Shown here: positions 39,221 through 50,784 of the stretch, piece after piece | Numbering within the stretch: position 1 is the stretch's first letter | Layout of the letters: every line of letters begins with the position of its first letter | NCBI GenBank assembly: GCA_964016885.1 | Contig: OZ024751.1 | Coordinates: 11,904,001-11,968,000, forward strand | Direction: 5' to 3' | From: Eledone cirrhosa | Lineage: Eukaryota | Length of the DNA stretch: 64,000 bases | The notes under the pieces: model-generated | Seen by the model: the letters and a program-made list of their open reading frames with translations, nothing else | What the model was told of the DNA's origin: nothing | Database searches by the model: none | Position numbers and translations under genes: made by a program

Positions 39221-40509
39221 AGAACCTCTGGCCAATACACAGAATGGCGAGGCATTTAATGTACAAGCCGTTAAACAAATCTGACACAAATCGCCATTTA
39301 TTGGATATTAGCTCCTATTTATACACACGTTACCTTAAGCATATGTGTCCGGTCATACAAATATGCATACATACACATACACGCTTATTTGTGTGTGTAT
39401 GTATATATATGCATACATGTATGTAATATATGAAAATGTTCGAATTTGACAATCTGATTTCCTTACCATTTAATTAGATAAACAAACATACACATAAAGA
39501 ACACTCACCACATATGTTTCCATATGTATATATATGTATGTATATATATATATATATATATAAATTGCATACACTGTGTGTGTGTGTGCGTGTGTGTGTA
39601 TAGACACATATATATGGTAGATAGATTCAATGATACATAGATATATATTGGAATGCAGCTATATATTGAAGATATTTAAATCATTTAATGAGAGAATCAT
39701 GGAGCTAAACATTCATTTTATCGAATACACGATAAGATAATTCGTTTCCAGTTTAAAATATTCCTTTCACGCAACATATAAATTGCTTTGGTTCTGTCAT
39801 TCTAGAGCATTCTTGATTGAGCTGAACTGTATCAGGTATCCTCTCAGCGGAGATATTCTGATTTGCTTTGTATAACTATGTCTATATAATACAATGGATT
39901 GTTTAAGACGGCTGGGTCTGATACATCAGAATTTAGTTGTTATTTCTAGTTATTCAACCATCTACAAATTTTCACCTTCCTACATCGCTATAAAGAAGAA
40001 AAAATGTCTATTATTCACAGTTGTATAAATAACATTACATATATTCACAAAGTTTGTTTAAAAACCATTGGTGAATATATAAATATGAAAAAGAATTTTA
40101 AAAGCAAAATTAATGAGAAAATGGAAAGTGGTAAAGAAGGGCAGATACGGCTGTATTTGGAAAGTAGAGGAGAGGACTACAAAGGCCATGCATGAGAGGA
40201 AAAGAAAAGGAAAAGCAAAAGCTCTAAGGCCACAGAAGAGAAGAGGGTGATGGTCTCTGGGTCTAGGGCACGGCGGAGTTGGTGCTACGCCCCGTGGACA
40301 AAAGTGCAAAAGCATTTCCGCGGTTAATGGCCAGCGGTACCCGCGTCAACAGTCACACCACTTCGTGGTGCTCTTTCCTCAGACGGGCTGCTGACGTTCG
40401 GATCTTGTCGAGGAGCTCGACAGTGCGGGGTCTGTGTACGCCTGATGTTTCGATGGTGACCAAAGGTCGAAATGCCGTAATTACTATATTGAAAAGTAAA
40501 GTAGTAAAT

Positions 40510-40709
40510 NNNNNNNNNNNNNNNNNNNNNNNNNNNNNNNNNNNNNNNNNNNNNNNNNNNNNNNNNNNNNNNNNNNNNNNNNNNNNNNNNNNNNNNNNNN
40601 NNNNNNNNNNNNNNNNNNNNNNNNNNNNNNNNNNNNNNNNNNNNNNNNNNNNNNNNNNNNNNNNNNNNNNNNNNNNNNNNNNNNNNNNNNNNNNNNNNNN
40701 NNNNNNNNN
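40510..40709. other. Assembly gap (200 N)
   Basis: Run of N. Confidence 1.
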
Positions 40710-41961
40710 TGTATGTTGTATGTATATATATATATATGTATGTATATATATATATATGTATGTATATACATATATATACATATATATGTATATACATATA
40801 TATGTATATATGTATATACATATATATATATGTATATATATATGTATATATGTATATATATATGTATATATGTATATATATGTATGTATGTATATACATA
40901 TATATGTATATAGTATATATATATATGTATATATATATGTATATATGTATATACATATATATATATGTATATACATATATATATATGTATATATGTATAT
41001 ATATATGTATATATATATGTATATATGTATATATATATGTATATATATATGTATATATGTATATACATATATATATATGTATATACATATATATATATGT
41101 ATATATGTATATATATATGTATATATATATGTATATATGTATATACATATATATATGTATATACATATATATATGTATATACATATATATATATGTATAT
41201 ACATATATATATATGTATATACATATATATATGTATATACATATATATATGTATATACATATATATATATGTATATACATATATATATATGTATATACAT
41301 ATATATATGTATATACATATATATATGTATATACATATATATATATGTATATACATATATATATATGTATATACATATATATATGTATATACATATATAT
41401 ATGTATATACATATATATATTGTATATACATATATATATGTATATACATAAATTTGTATATATATAAATATATATATAAATGTGTGTGTGTATACATATA
41501 TATATATATATGTATATGTATGTATTTTTATATACTATATATATATATGTGTGTATATATACTATATATATATATGTGTGTAAATATATATATATGTATA
41601 TACATATATACATATATATATACATATATATATATGTATATACATATATATATGTATATACATATATACATATATATACATATATACATATATATACATA
41701 TATACATATATATATACATATATATATGTATATACATATATATATATGTATATACATATATATATGTATATACATATATATATGTATATACATATATATA
41801 TGTATATACATATATATACATATATATGTATATACATATACATATATATGTATATATATATATAGATATATATACATACATATATATATATACATACATA
41901 TACATACATATATATAGGTATATACATATATGTATGTATATACATATATATCTGTATATAC

Positions 41962-41993
<32 letters not shown>

Positions 41994-42226
41994 ATATATA
42001 CCCATATATATACATATAGCTATATATACATATATATATATATATATACAAATATATACATATAAATATATATATATACATATATTTACACACATATATA
42101 TATATAGTATATATACACACATATATATATATAGTATATAAAAATACATACATATACATATATATATATATATGTATACACACACACATTTATATATATA
42201 TTTATATATATACAAACACACACATT

Positions 42227-42294
<68 letters not shown>

Positions 42295-42303
42295 CACATG
42301 TGT
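40710..42303. repeat. (TA)n microsatellite with an internal inverted duplication (41453-41590 / 42080-42216)
   Basis: Direct reading. Confidence 0.92.
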
Positions 42304-43977
42304 GTATCCGAGGGGGGAATATTCATTTTCAGAACCCATGATATTACACCAGCTGACAAACCATATATATACACGAAGGTAACCGAATTGACAGGGTTGT
42401 ATGTAGAAGACGTCATATTATATAAAGTTGTGGCTGGAAAGGGTGTTGTGGAAAGATGAGTAGGGGAGGATGTGGATGGGTTTAAGAAGGGGCTGGTTGA
42501 GAGGAAGTGGAAACGTGTTAATCTACACCCACTCGCTCCCCTATCCCTGACAAATAATAGGTTTGAGTGATGGGATAATATGATCGTATTAGCATACGTA
42601 TATATAACTACCTACATTTCTATCTATCTTATCTATCTTATCTATCTTACCTATCTATCTTATCTATCTATCTTATCTATCTATCTTATCTATCTATCTT
42701 ATCTATCTATCTTATCTATCTATCTTATCTATATATCTCTCTTATCTATCTTATATATCTATCTATCTTATCTATCTTATATATCTATCTATCTTATCTA
42801 TGTTATCTATCTATCTATCTTATCTATCTTATCTATCTATCTATCTTATCTATCTTAACTATCTTATCTATCTTATCTATCTATCTATCTTATCTATCTT
42901 ATCTATCTTATCTATCTTATCTATCTTATCTATCTATCTATCTTATCTATCTATCTATCTTATCTATCTTATCTATCTATCTTATCTATCTATCTCTTAT
43001 CTATCTTATCTATCTTATCTATCTATCTTATCTATCTATCTTATCTATCTTATTTAGCCTATCTATCTATCATATCTATCTTATCTATCTTATCTATCTT
43101 ATCTATCTTATCTATCAATCTTATCTATCTATCTATCTTATCTATCTTATCTATCTATCTTATCTATCTTATCTATCTTATCTATCTTATCTATCTATCT
43201 ATCTTATCTATCTTATCTATCTATCTATCTTATCTATCTTATCTATCTATCTTATCTATCTTGTCTTATCTATCTATCTTATCTATCTATCTTATCTATC
43301 TATCTTATCTATCTATCTTATCTATCTTATCTATCTATCTATCTTATCTATCTATCTTATCTATCTTATCTATCTTGTCTTATCTATCTATCTTATCTAT
43401 CTATCTTATCTATCTTATCTATCTATCTTATCTATCTATCTTATCTATCTTATCTATCTATCTTATCTATCTATCTTATCTATCTTGTCTTATCTATCTA
43501 TCTTATCTATCTATCTCATCTATCTTATCTATCTATCTTATCTATCTATCTTATCTATCTACCTTATCTATCTTATCTATCTATCTTATCTATCTTTCTT
43601 ATCTATCAATCTTATCTATCTAGCTTATCTATCTATCTTATCTATCTATCTTATCTTATCTATCTATCTTATCTTATCTATCTATCTTATCTTACCTATC
43701 TATCTTATCTTACCTATCTATCTTATCTTACCTATCTATCTTATCTTACCTATCTATCTTATCTATCTTATCTATCTATCTTATCTATCTATCTTATCTA
43801 TCTATCTTATCTATCTATCTTATCTATCTTATCTATCTATCTCATCTATCTATCTTATCTATCTGACCTATCTTATCTATCTATCTCATCTATCTTATCT
43901 ATCTATCTTATCTATCTTATCTATCTATCTTATCTATCTATCTTATCTATCTATCTCATCTATCTTATCTATCTATC

Positions 43978-44020
<43 letters not shown>

Positions 44021-44052
44021 ATCTATCTATCTTATCTATCTATCTTATCTAT

Positions 44053-44580
44053 CTCCCTCTTCAAAAACGAAGGAGAGGCGGTGTTTCTGTGCGTAATAGC
44101 CATGGCGAAAGAGGTTGTATGATGGACGCGTCTGAAAGGACTGATGTCAGACACCTTTCTCTCTGGCCAACAACTGGTCCGTTTCTTCCGATATCATTTC
44201 GGAAGAAGGATCAGGATGGAGAGAGAGGTGCTGCACCCCAGCCGTTTCTATGAAAGATGGGTGAAAGTGGCGAGAATGGCCCGTGTGAATGGGCCTTCAC
44301 TCTACATCAGACTATAGGTGAGGAAGATGAAAGACCAAGGGAGCACGCCTTCTCTGTGCTCCTGAGGAGAAGGGTTGCACACTTTTTTCGGGGGTGTGTG
44401 CGACCCCCCAAGGCGCCTCCTCTCTATTGAGGACTTTGTTATAAATTTTATTTTTGTTATATTTTATTTTATTTTTATATATTGTTATTGCCTCCTCCTT
44501 ATTGAGGACGCCTTGTTTTGTAAACTCCCCCCATTGTACTTGTCCCACTTTTGATGCCCTGGTGGCAAATAAAAGAAACA
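44053..44580 (+). mobile_element. Heavily 5'-truncated L1/Tx1 LINE (ORF2 tail + 3' UTR), related subfamily
   Basis: Closely similar to 47345-47928; TGG>TGA change near 44121; ends GTGGCAAATAAAAGAAACA directly into TATC repeats. Confidence 0.9.
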
Positions 44581-45410
44581 TCTTATCTATCTATCTTAAC
44601 TATCTATCTTATCTATCTTATCTATCTATCTTATCTATCTATCTTATCTATCTATCTTATCTATCTATCTTATCTATCTATCTTATCTATCTATCTCATC
44701 TCATCTATCTTATCTATCTATCTTATCTATCTATCTTATCTATCTATCTATCTTATCTATCTATCTTATCTATCTATCTTATCTATCTATCTCATCTATC
44801 TCATCTATATTATTTATCTATCTTATCTATCTATCTTATCTATCTATCTATCTTATCTATATATCTTATCTATCTATCTCATCTATCTTATCTATCTTAT
44901 CTATCTTATCTATCTATCTATCTTATCTATCTTATCTATCTCATCTATCTAACTTATCTATCTATCTTATCTATCTATCTATCTATCTCATCTATCTAAC
45001 TTATCTATCTATCTTATCTATCTATCTATCTTATCTATATATCTTATCTATCTATCTTATCTATCTATCTATCTTATCTCTCTTATCAATCTATCTTATC
45101 TCTCTTATCTATCTATCTCATCTATCTATCTTATCTCTCTTATCTATCTTATCTATCTATCTCATCTATCTATCTTATGTATCTATCTATCTATCTTATC
45201 TATCTATCTCATCTATCTATCTTATCTATCTATCTCATCTATCTCTCTTATCTATCTATCTTATCTATCTTATCTATCTTATCTATCTATCTTATCTATC
45301 TATCTCATCTATCTATCTTATCTATCTATCTCATCTATCTATCTCATCTATCTATCTTATCTATCTATCTCATCTATCTCTCTTATCTATCTATCTTATC
45401 TATCTATCTT

Positions 45411-47609
45411 GGGAACGTGGACTTCGGTCCATTCCTCGACGGCCTGCCGCGCCTCTCGGACAGGGAGGCGAAGTCCTGCGAGGAGCCGATTTCGGCCGCT
45501 GAGATAGAGGACGTGCTGAGCCAATGCGGCAAACGCAAATCCCCGGGTCTCGATGGTCTTCCTTACGAATTATATCTAGCTATGCCGGACTTGTTCCCCG
45601 ATCTCCTCGAGGCGGTCTACTGCAACTGGCAACAGAACGGGAGAATTCCCTGTACTGTGACCAAGGGCGTAGTCACGCTAGTGAGGAAGGACGAGAACAA
45701 GGGGGACGATATAAATAATTTCAGGCCCATAACTCTGCTAAATACAGAGTTACAGATTTTGGCCAAGGTGCTAGCAAAGAGGTTGGCGCTTGTCGTGGGC
45801 AACCTGGTGGGAGATGCGCAGACATGCGCTATCCCGTCCAGGTTCATCCATGACAACCTCCACCTCATGCGATACATCATAGAGAGGGTTGGGAACGAAC
45901 CCGGCTTTGGTGGGGCTCTGATCAACTTGGATCAATCTAAGGCGTTCGATAGGGTCGACCATGGTTACCTGGATGCGGTGCTAGCGGCGGCAGGCTTCGG
46001 ACCCGTTTTCAGGGGCTGGATCACTGCTATGCACAGCAGCCGCATCTGCTCTAGGGTCAAGGTGAACGGCTACCTCTCGGAGCCGTTCAAAATCGCGCAG
46101 TCCATCCGACAAGGGTGCCCTCTCTCCTCCCTTCTGTGTGTGTTGACTCTCGAGCCACTACTGCGGAAGTTGGAGTTGTTGCAGGGCATCCCTTTGGAAC
46201 CGGGATTGCGGAAAGAGGTGTCGGCCTACGCCGATGACGTGTCAGTAATGGTGTCGACGGCCTCCGAAATCGAGGCGGTCGGCACCTTACTGGAGGAGTA
46301 CGAAAAGTTCACAGGGGCTAAGCTGAACCGGGACAAGTCGATCGGTTTGCAACTCGGCACGTGGAGGGGTAGACCGATGCCCTCCGATGGCGTCGTCGGA
46401 CGCTGGACGGAGGGCCCGGTGAAGTTGCTCGGGGTCTGGTTCGGACCGGACCTCCAGGTGGAGAAAAACTGGGCGGAGGTTACGAACAGGGTGTTTGCAC
46501 TGACCCAGAAGTGGGCCAGTTGCAAACTATCCCTGAAAGGTCGGGCGGAGGTGGCGAACACCTACATAGCGTCCGTCATCTACTACCGCCTGACCGTAGT
46601 GCCCTGCCCAAGGGAAACCCTCACCAAGATGGAGCGCGCGCTCTTCCAATTCCTTTGGAAGAGGCGGGCTCCTATGGTGAGGAGATCTATCTGCTGTCAA
46701 CACCCTTCGAAAGGAGGGCTGGGGATGCCGTGGCTAATGATGCATAAACACGCATTAAGGCTACGGTACCTCTACGTATTCCTCACCGGACAACCGGTGT
46801 GGGCCTCGTTTGCGAGACGAACCTTTCCCAGACTCGTCTCACTCACCGAGCTGCAGTCCTGGGTCAAGCAAAGACCGACAAAACTGGGCGCCTGGCACAC
46901 TGAGTGTGCCCAGGCGCCCACCGTCCTCTGGCAGGCGGATCCGGTTATCAGTGGAGACTCCACCGCAACATTCTATAGAGGGCTGGTACGCAGCAGGTGT
47001 GACGACGCCCTCGGAGAAGCCCTAGACATGGAGGAGGACGAACTGGCCAGCCTGTTCGGTAGGACATTCAGCCCGGGACCTATGGACAACTTCCAGAAGT
47101 CCCTGGCCTGGCAGTGCTACCGTGGAGCTTTACCCGTTCGAGAAAGGCTCTACAGACACGGGCGCCCGGGTAGGGACCCCACCAAAAAGATCTGTCCCAG
47201 ATGCGTGTGCGACGAGGAAACCGTTGCACACGCATTGGTTCACTGCTCGGGCGTAGCCGATCTGTGGGGCTATGTCGAACAACTGCTGTCAAGGGTGGGA
47301 CCGATCCGGTTGACCACCGAGTCTATTGTAATGATCAAGCCGCCTCCCCCCATCAAAGATGAAGCAGAGGCGGTGTTTCTGTGCGTAATAGCCATGGCGA
47401 AAGAGGTTGTATGGTGGACGCGTCTGAAAGGACTGAGGTCAGGCACCTTTCTCTCTGGCCAACTACTGGTCCGTTTCTTCCGATATCATTTCGGAAGAAG
47501 GATCAGGATGGAGAGAGAGGTGCTGCACCCCAGTCGTTTTTATGAAAGGTGGGTGAAAGTGGCGAGAATAGCCCGTGTGAATGGGCCTTCTCTTTACATG
47601 AGCCTGTAG
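45411..47609 (+). CDS. L1/Tx1 ORF2 C-terminal ~730 aa: reverse transcriptase + CCHC zinc knuckle (endonuclease lost to truncation)
   Basis: KSPGLDGLPYE, NFRPITLLN, LDQSKAFDRVDH, IRQGCPLS, AYADDV, GGLGMP, CPRC-x7-H-x4-C. Confidence 0.93.
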   Translation, partial: GNVDFGPFLDGLPRLSDREAKSCEEPISAAEIEDVLSQCGKRKSPGLDGLPYELYLAMPDLFPDLLEAVYCNWQQNGRIPCTVTKGVVTLVRKDENKGDDINNFRPITLLNTELQILAKVLAKRLALVVGNLVGDAQTCAIPSRFIHDNLHLMRYIIERVGNEPGFGGALINLDQSKAFDRVDHGYLDAVLAAAGFGPVFRGWITAMHSSRICSRVKVNGYLSEPFKIAQSIRQGCPLSSLLCVLTLEPLLRKLELLQGIPLEPGLRKEVSAYADDVSVMVSTASEIEAVGTLLEEYEKFTGAKLNRDKSIGLQLGTWRGRPMPSDGVVGRWTEGPVKLLGVWFGPDLQVEKNWAEVTNRVFALTQKWASCKLSLKGRAEVANTYIASVIYYRLTVVPCPRETLTKMERALFQFLWKRRAPMVRRSICCQHPSKGGLGMPWLMMHKHALRLRYLYVFLTGQPVWASFARRTFPRLVSLTELQSWVKQRPTKLGAWHTECAQAPTVLWQADPVISGDSTATFYRGLVRSRCDDALGEALDMEEDELASLFGRTFSPGPMDNFQKSLAWQCYRGALPVRERLYRHGRPGRDPTKKICPRCVCDEETVAHALVHCSGVADLWGYVEQLLSRVGPIRLTTESIVMIKPPPPIKDEAEAVFLCVIAMAKEVVWWTRLKGLRSGTFLSGQLLVRFFRYHFGRRIRMEREVLHPSRFYERWVKVARIARVNGPSLYMSL

Positions 47610-47928
47610 GTGGAAAAGAGGAAGGAACGAGGGAGCACCCCCTCTCTGTGCTCCTGAGGAAAAGGGTTGCACACTTTTTTCGGGGGTGTGTGCGACCCCC
47701 CAAGGCGCATCCTCTCTATTGAGGATTTTGTTATAAATTTTATTTTTTGTTATATTTTATAACAAAATCCTCTATTGAGGATTTTGTTATAATTCTATTT
47801 TTTGTTATATTTTATTTTATTCTTATATATTGTTATTGCCTCCTCCCTATTGAGGACGCCTTGTTTTGTAAACTCCCCCCATTGTACTTGTCCCACTTTT
47901 GATGCCCTTGTGGCAAATAAAAGAAACA
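45411..47928 (+). mobile_element. 5'-truncated L1/Tx1-clade LINE
   Basis: Open RT ORF, 3' UTR, AATAAA near the end, no poly(A), both ends in (TATC)n. Confidence 0.92.
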
Positions 47929-49211
47929 TATCTTATCTACCTATCTTATCTATCTATCTCATCTATCTATCTCATCTATCTTATCTATCTTATCTATCTA
48001 TCTCATCTATCTATCTTATCTATCTATCTCATCTATCTATCTCATCTATCTATCTCATCTATCTATCTCATCTATCTATCTCATCTATCTTATCTATCTT
48101 ATCTATCTATCTCATCTATCTATCTTATCTATCTATCTTATCTATCTATCTTATCTATCTTGTCTCATCTATCTATCTTATCTATCTATCTATCTATCTT
48201 GTCTTATCTATCTTGTCTTATCTATCTATCTTATCTATCTATCTAATCTATCTATCTTACCTATCTATCTTACCTATCTATCTCATCTTACCTATCTATC
48301 TTACCTATCTATCTATCTTATCTTATCTTACCTATCTACCTTACCTATCTATCTTACCTATCTATCTATCTTATCTATCTATCTTATCTCATCTATCTTA
48401 TCTATATATCTATATCATAAGCTCTCTCAGTCTGAATATACCTTTTCAGGAGTGTATTTTGATCCACCATCGTCATCATCACCCTGATTGTCATCTTCGT
48501 CACCATCATACTACATCATCAGCATCAACATTATCATTATCATCACCAACAACACCACTACCATCATCATCAGAATCATTACCATTTCCATCATCATTAT
48601 CAGCACCATTACCATCATCATCATCTCTATCACCATTTTATTTAAATGCTTGCATGGGTTAGATGTTTGAACATGTTCAAATGACAGCATCTCACGTATA
48701 CATTTCATTCTGGGAGGCTTTCTCTGGCTGTATATTTGTCCTAATGCCAAATACTTCATGGCAGCATCACAACCACTTGATTGTGGGTAACGGATGACTT
48801 TTATCATGGGATCATCACAAACAAATGATAGGGGGGGGGGGGGGGTTATCGTGGCAACATCACCTTCACCTGATGGGGTGGATTGAACGCATTTCATTAT
48901 GGCACCATCACAACCATCTTATAATGTACAGCGAGTAAATTTTACCCTGGCACCATCGCAATCACCTTATAGTGTGGAGTGGAGGACTTTTATTGTGGCT
49001 GCCGCACAACCATCTGATTGTGAGGAGTGGGTGCCTTAATTTCACTATGTTTTAATCTCATTTATTCTCCGTATTTATTTTTATATTTAAACGTTGATGA
49101 ATTGTAAATTGATTTATTAACACATTCTGGATAAAGTTGTGTAACCAATGAAAGACAAGTTAATACAAGAGCTCTAGTGAGATTGGATCTTAGTATACGA
49201 TATCTATATGG

Positions 49212-49268
<57 letters not shown>

Positions 49269-49305
49269 AATAAGATTTAGCTTCAACCATAGCTTTATAC
49301 GATAT

Positions 49306-49533
49306 GTATAGAAATTTCGTATTTCTCAAGAAATGCGGTTTTAGGAAGCCAGGTTTCAGGCTTGACTGGCCTTCGTCAGGACCGTCCTGACGTAGGCCAG
49401 TCAAACCTGAAATGCTTAGACGGTTGTCCCCCTTGCTTCTCCTGGACAACACCAGAGGGCTTTAGCCTCGGTGTTTGCATAGCTACGGCTTCCTAAAACC
49501 GTATTTCTTTAGAAATACGAAATTTCTCTACAC
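49306..49533. mobile_element. Nested fold-back element with an HHR and an inverted duplicate of its core
   Basis: Outer arms 49306-49350/49487-49533; inner palindrome 49354-49412. Confidence 0.8.
49381..49424 (+). ncRNA. Type I hammerhead ribozyme (A9 mutated in this copy)
   Basis: accgtc-CTGACGT-agg(ccagtcaaa)cct-GAAA-tgct-TA-gacggt; the mirror copy at 49354-49379 (-) keeps CTGACGA-aggc...gcct-GAAA. Confidence 0.7.
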
Positions 49534-49861
49534 ACAGACACATATATATATATATATATATATACATATATATATGTATATGTATATGTGTGTGTGTGTG
49601 TGTGTGTCTGTGTGCCTCTCTCTTTCTCTCTTTGTCTCTATGTATATATATATATACATTATATATCTTGCAATCATAGAATTAGAAGAACCTTCAAATA
49701 TCATAAACCTAATTACAGTACACCTTACACTTATATTTTAGATATTATTATAATTAGTTTTTTTTAAATTTAGTTAACCTATAATTAGTACTTTACTACA
49801 GAGAACTTCATAATTTTATTTCCCTCTTACAGCTCTCTTTTCCTAAAATTAATACCTAAAA

Positions 49862-50195
49862 GTATACCTATAAATTAATTTAATTTCCTGTTATGAATCT
49901 AGATTCCTTGTAGTTTATATAAGATTGGTATTTCTCACTACTACCCTTATCCCAAAATTTTACTTTCCTTCGTTTTTAACAACACTCTTTAATAACATCT
50001 AATTCTTATTTATCACATTCATATGAATTAATAAAAATGTATCCGTATAAGTATACCTATCAATTAATTTAATTTCTTGTTATATAGATCTAGATTCCTA
50101 GTGGTTTAAATAAGATTGGTATTTCTCACTAATACCCTTACCCTAAACTTTTATTTTCCTTCCTTTTTAACATTATTCTTTAATAACATCAAATT
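49862..50195. repeat. Diverged direct duplication, period ~190 bp
   Basis: gtatacctat...agattggtatttctcact...aataacatc at 49862 and 50052. Confidence 0.8.
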
Positions 50196-50344
50196 TTCGT
50201 GTACCATACACTGGCTTGACCTCTTTTCATACCGAAAGTATTCTTTTCATTCAAAGTATTCTTTCCATTCAAAACATAAGTCTGCAATCATCTACCCCTA
50301 AATTAAATTTCTACTACTACTATTCTACCAACTTGACCTATAAC

Positions 50345-50741
50345 TACCTTTCTATTGGTCAATTCAAAACCTGTTCCCAACCAGACCTTTTTTATTAAAT
50401 CTTTGTTGGTTTTTTTCAATAAACAAATCTCATCATTTCTGATGACAGCATGTATATGTGTAGGTATGTATATTTCCTCTGATAGTTTGTAATATTTTTA
50501 CATAGATCTATATGATATACATACCAACACACAGATACATCCTAGAAACGATCGTAAAATGATGAATTTTTTAATATAAGGAACTTGTTCTCTGTTTTTA
50601 TTCATTGTTTTTATTAATTTATCTTGACTCTGTTTTCCTATGATTTTTATTGAACATTTTTGAATGCATCTTCTCTTTTCATGATATTTGGATTACATTG
50701 AGTTCTTCATACGGATTGGACACTACCGTATATTTTGGTAG

Positions 50742-50745
<4 letters not shown>
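50345..50745 (+). mobile_element. PLE pLTR/3' UTR homologous to 32447-32860
   Basis: Shared ATTGGTCAATT, AATAAACAAA, TTTTACATAGATC and GGATTACATTGAGTTCTT...GGTAGATTT blocks in the same order. Confidence 0.7.
50430..50565 (+). ncRNA. Type I hammerhead ribozyme with ~100-nt stem II
   Basis: tcatcattt-CTGATGA-c-agc-atgtat...ggtatgta...tacatacc...atacat-cct-a-GAAA-cgatcg-TA-aaatgatga; 9-bp stem I. Confidence 0.78.
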
Positions 50746-50772
<27 letters not shown>

Positions 50773-50784
50773 GATATAGATATT

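Larger units (their letters stand above)
42617..48415. repeat. (TATC)n/(TATCT)n satellite split by two LINE insertions
   Basis: Blocks at 42617-44052, 44581-45410 and 47929-48415. Confidence 0.95.
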
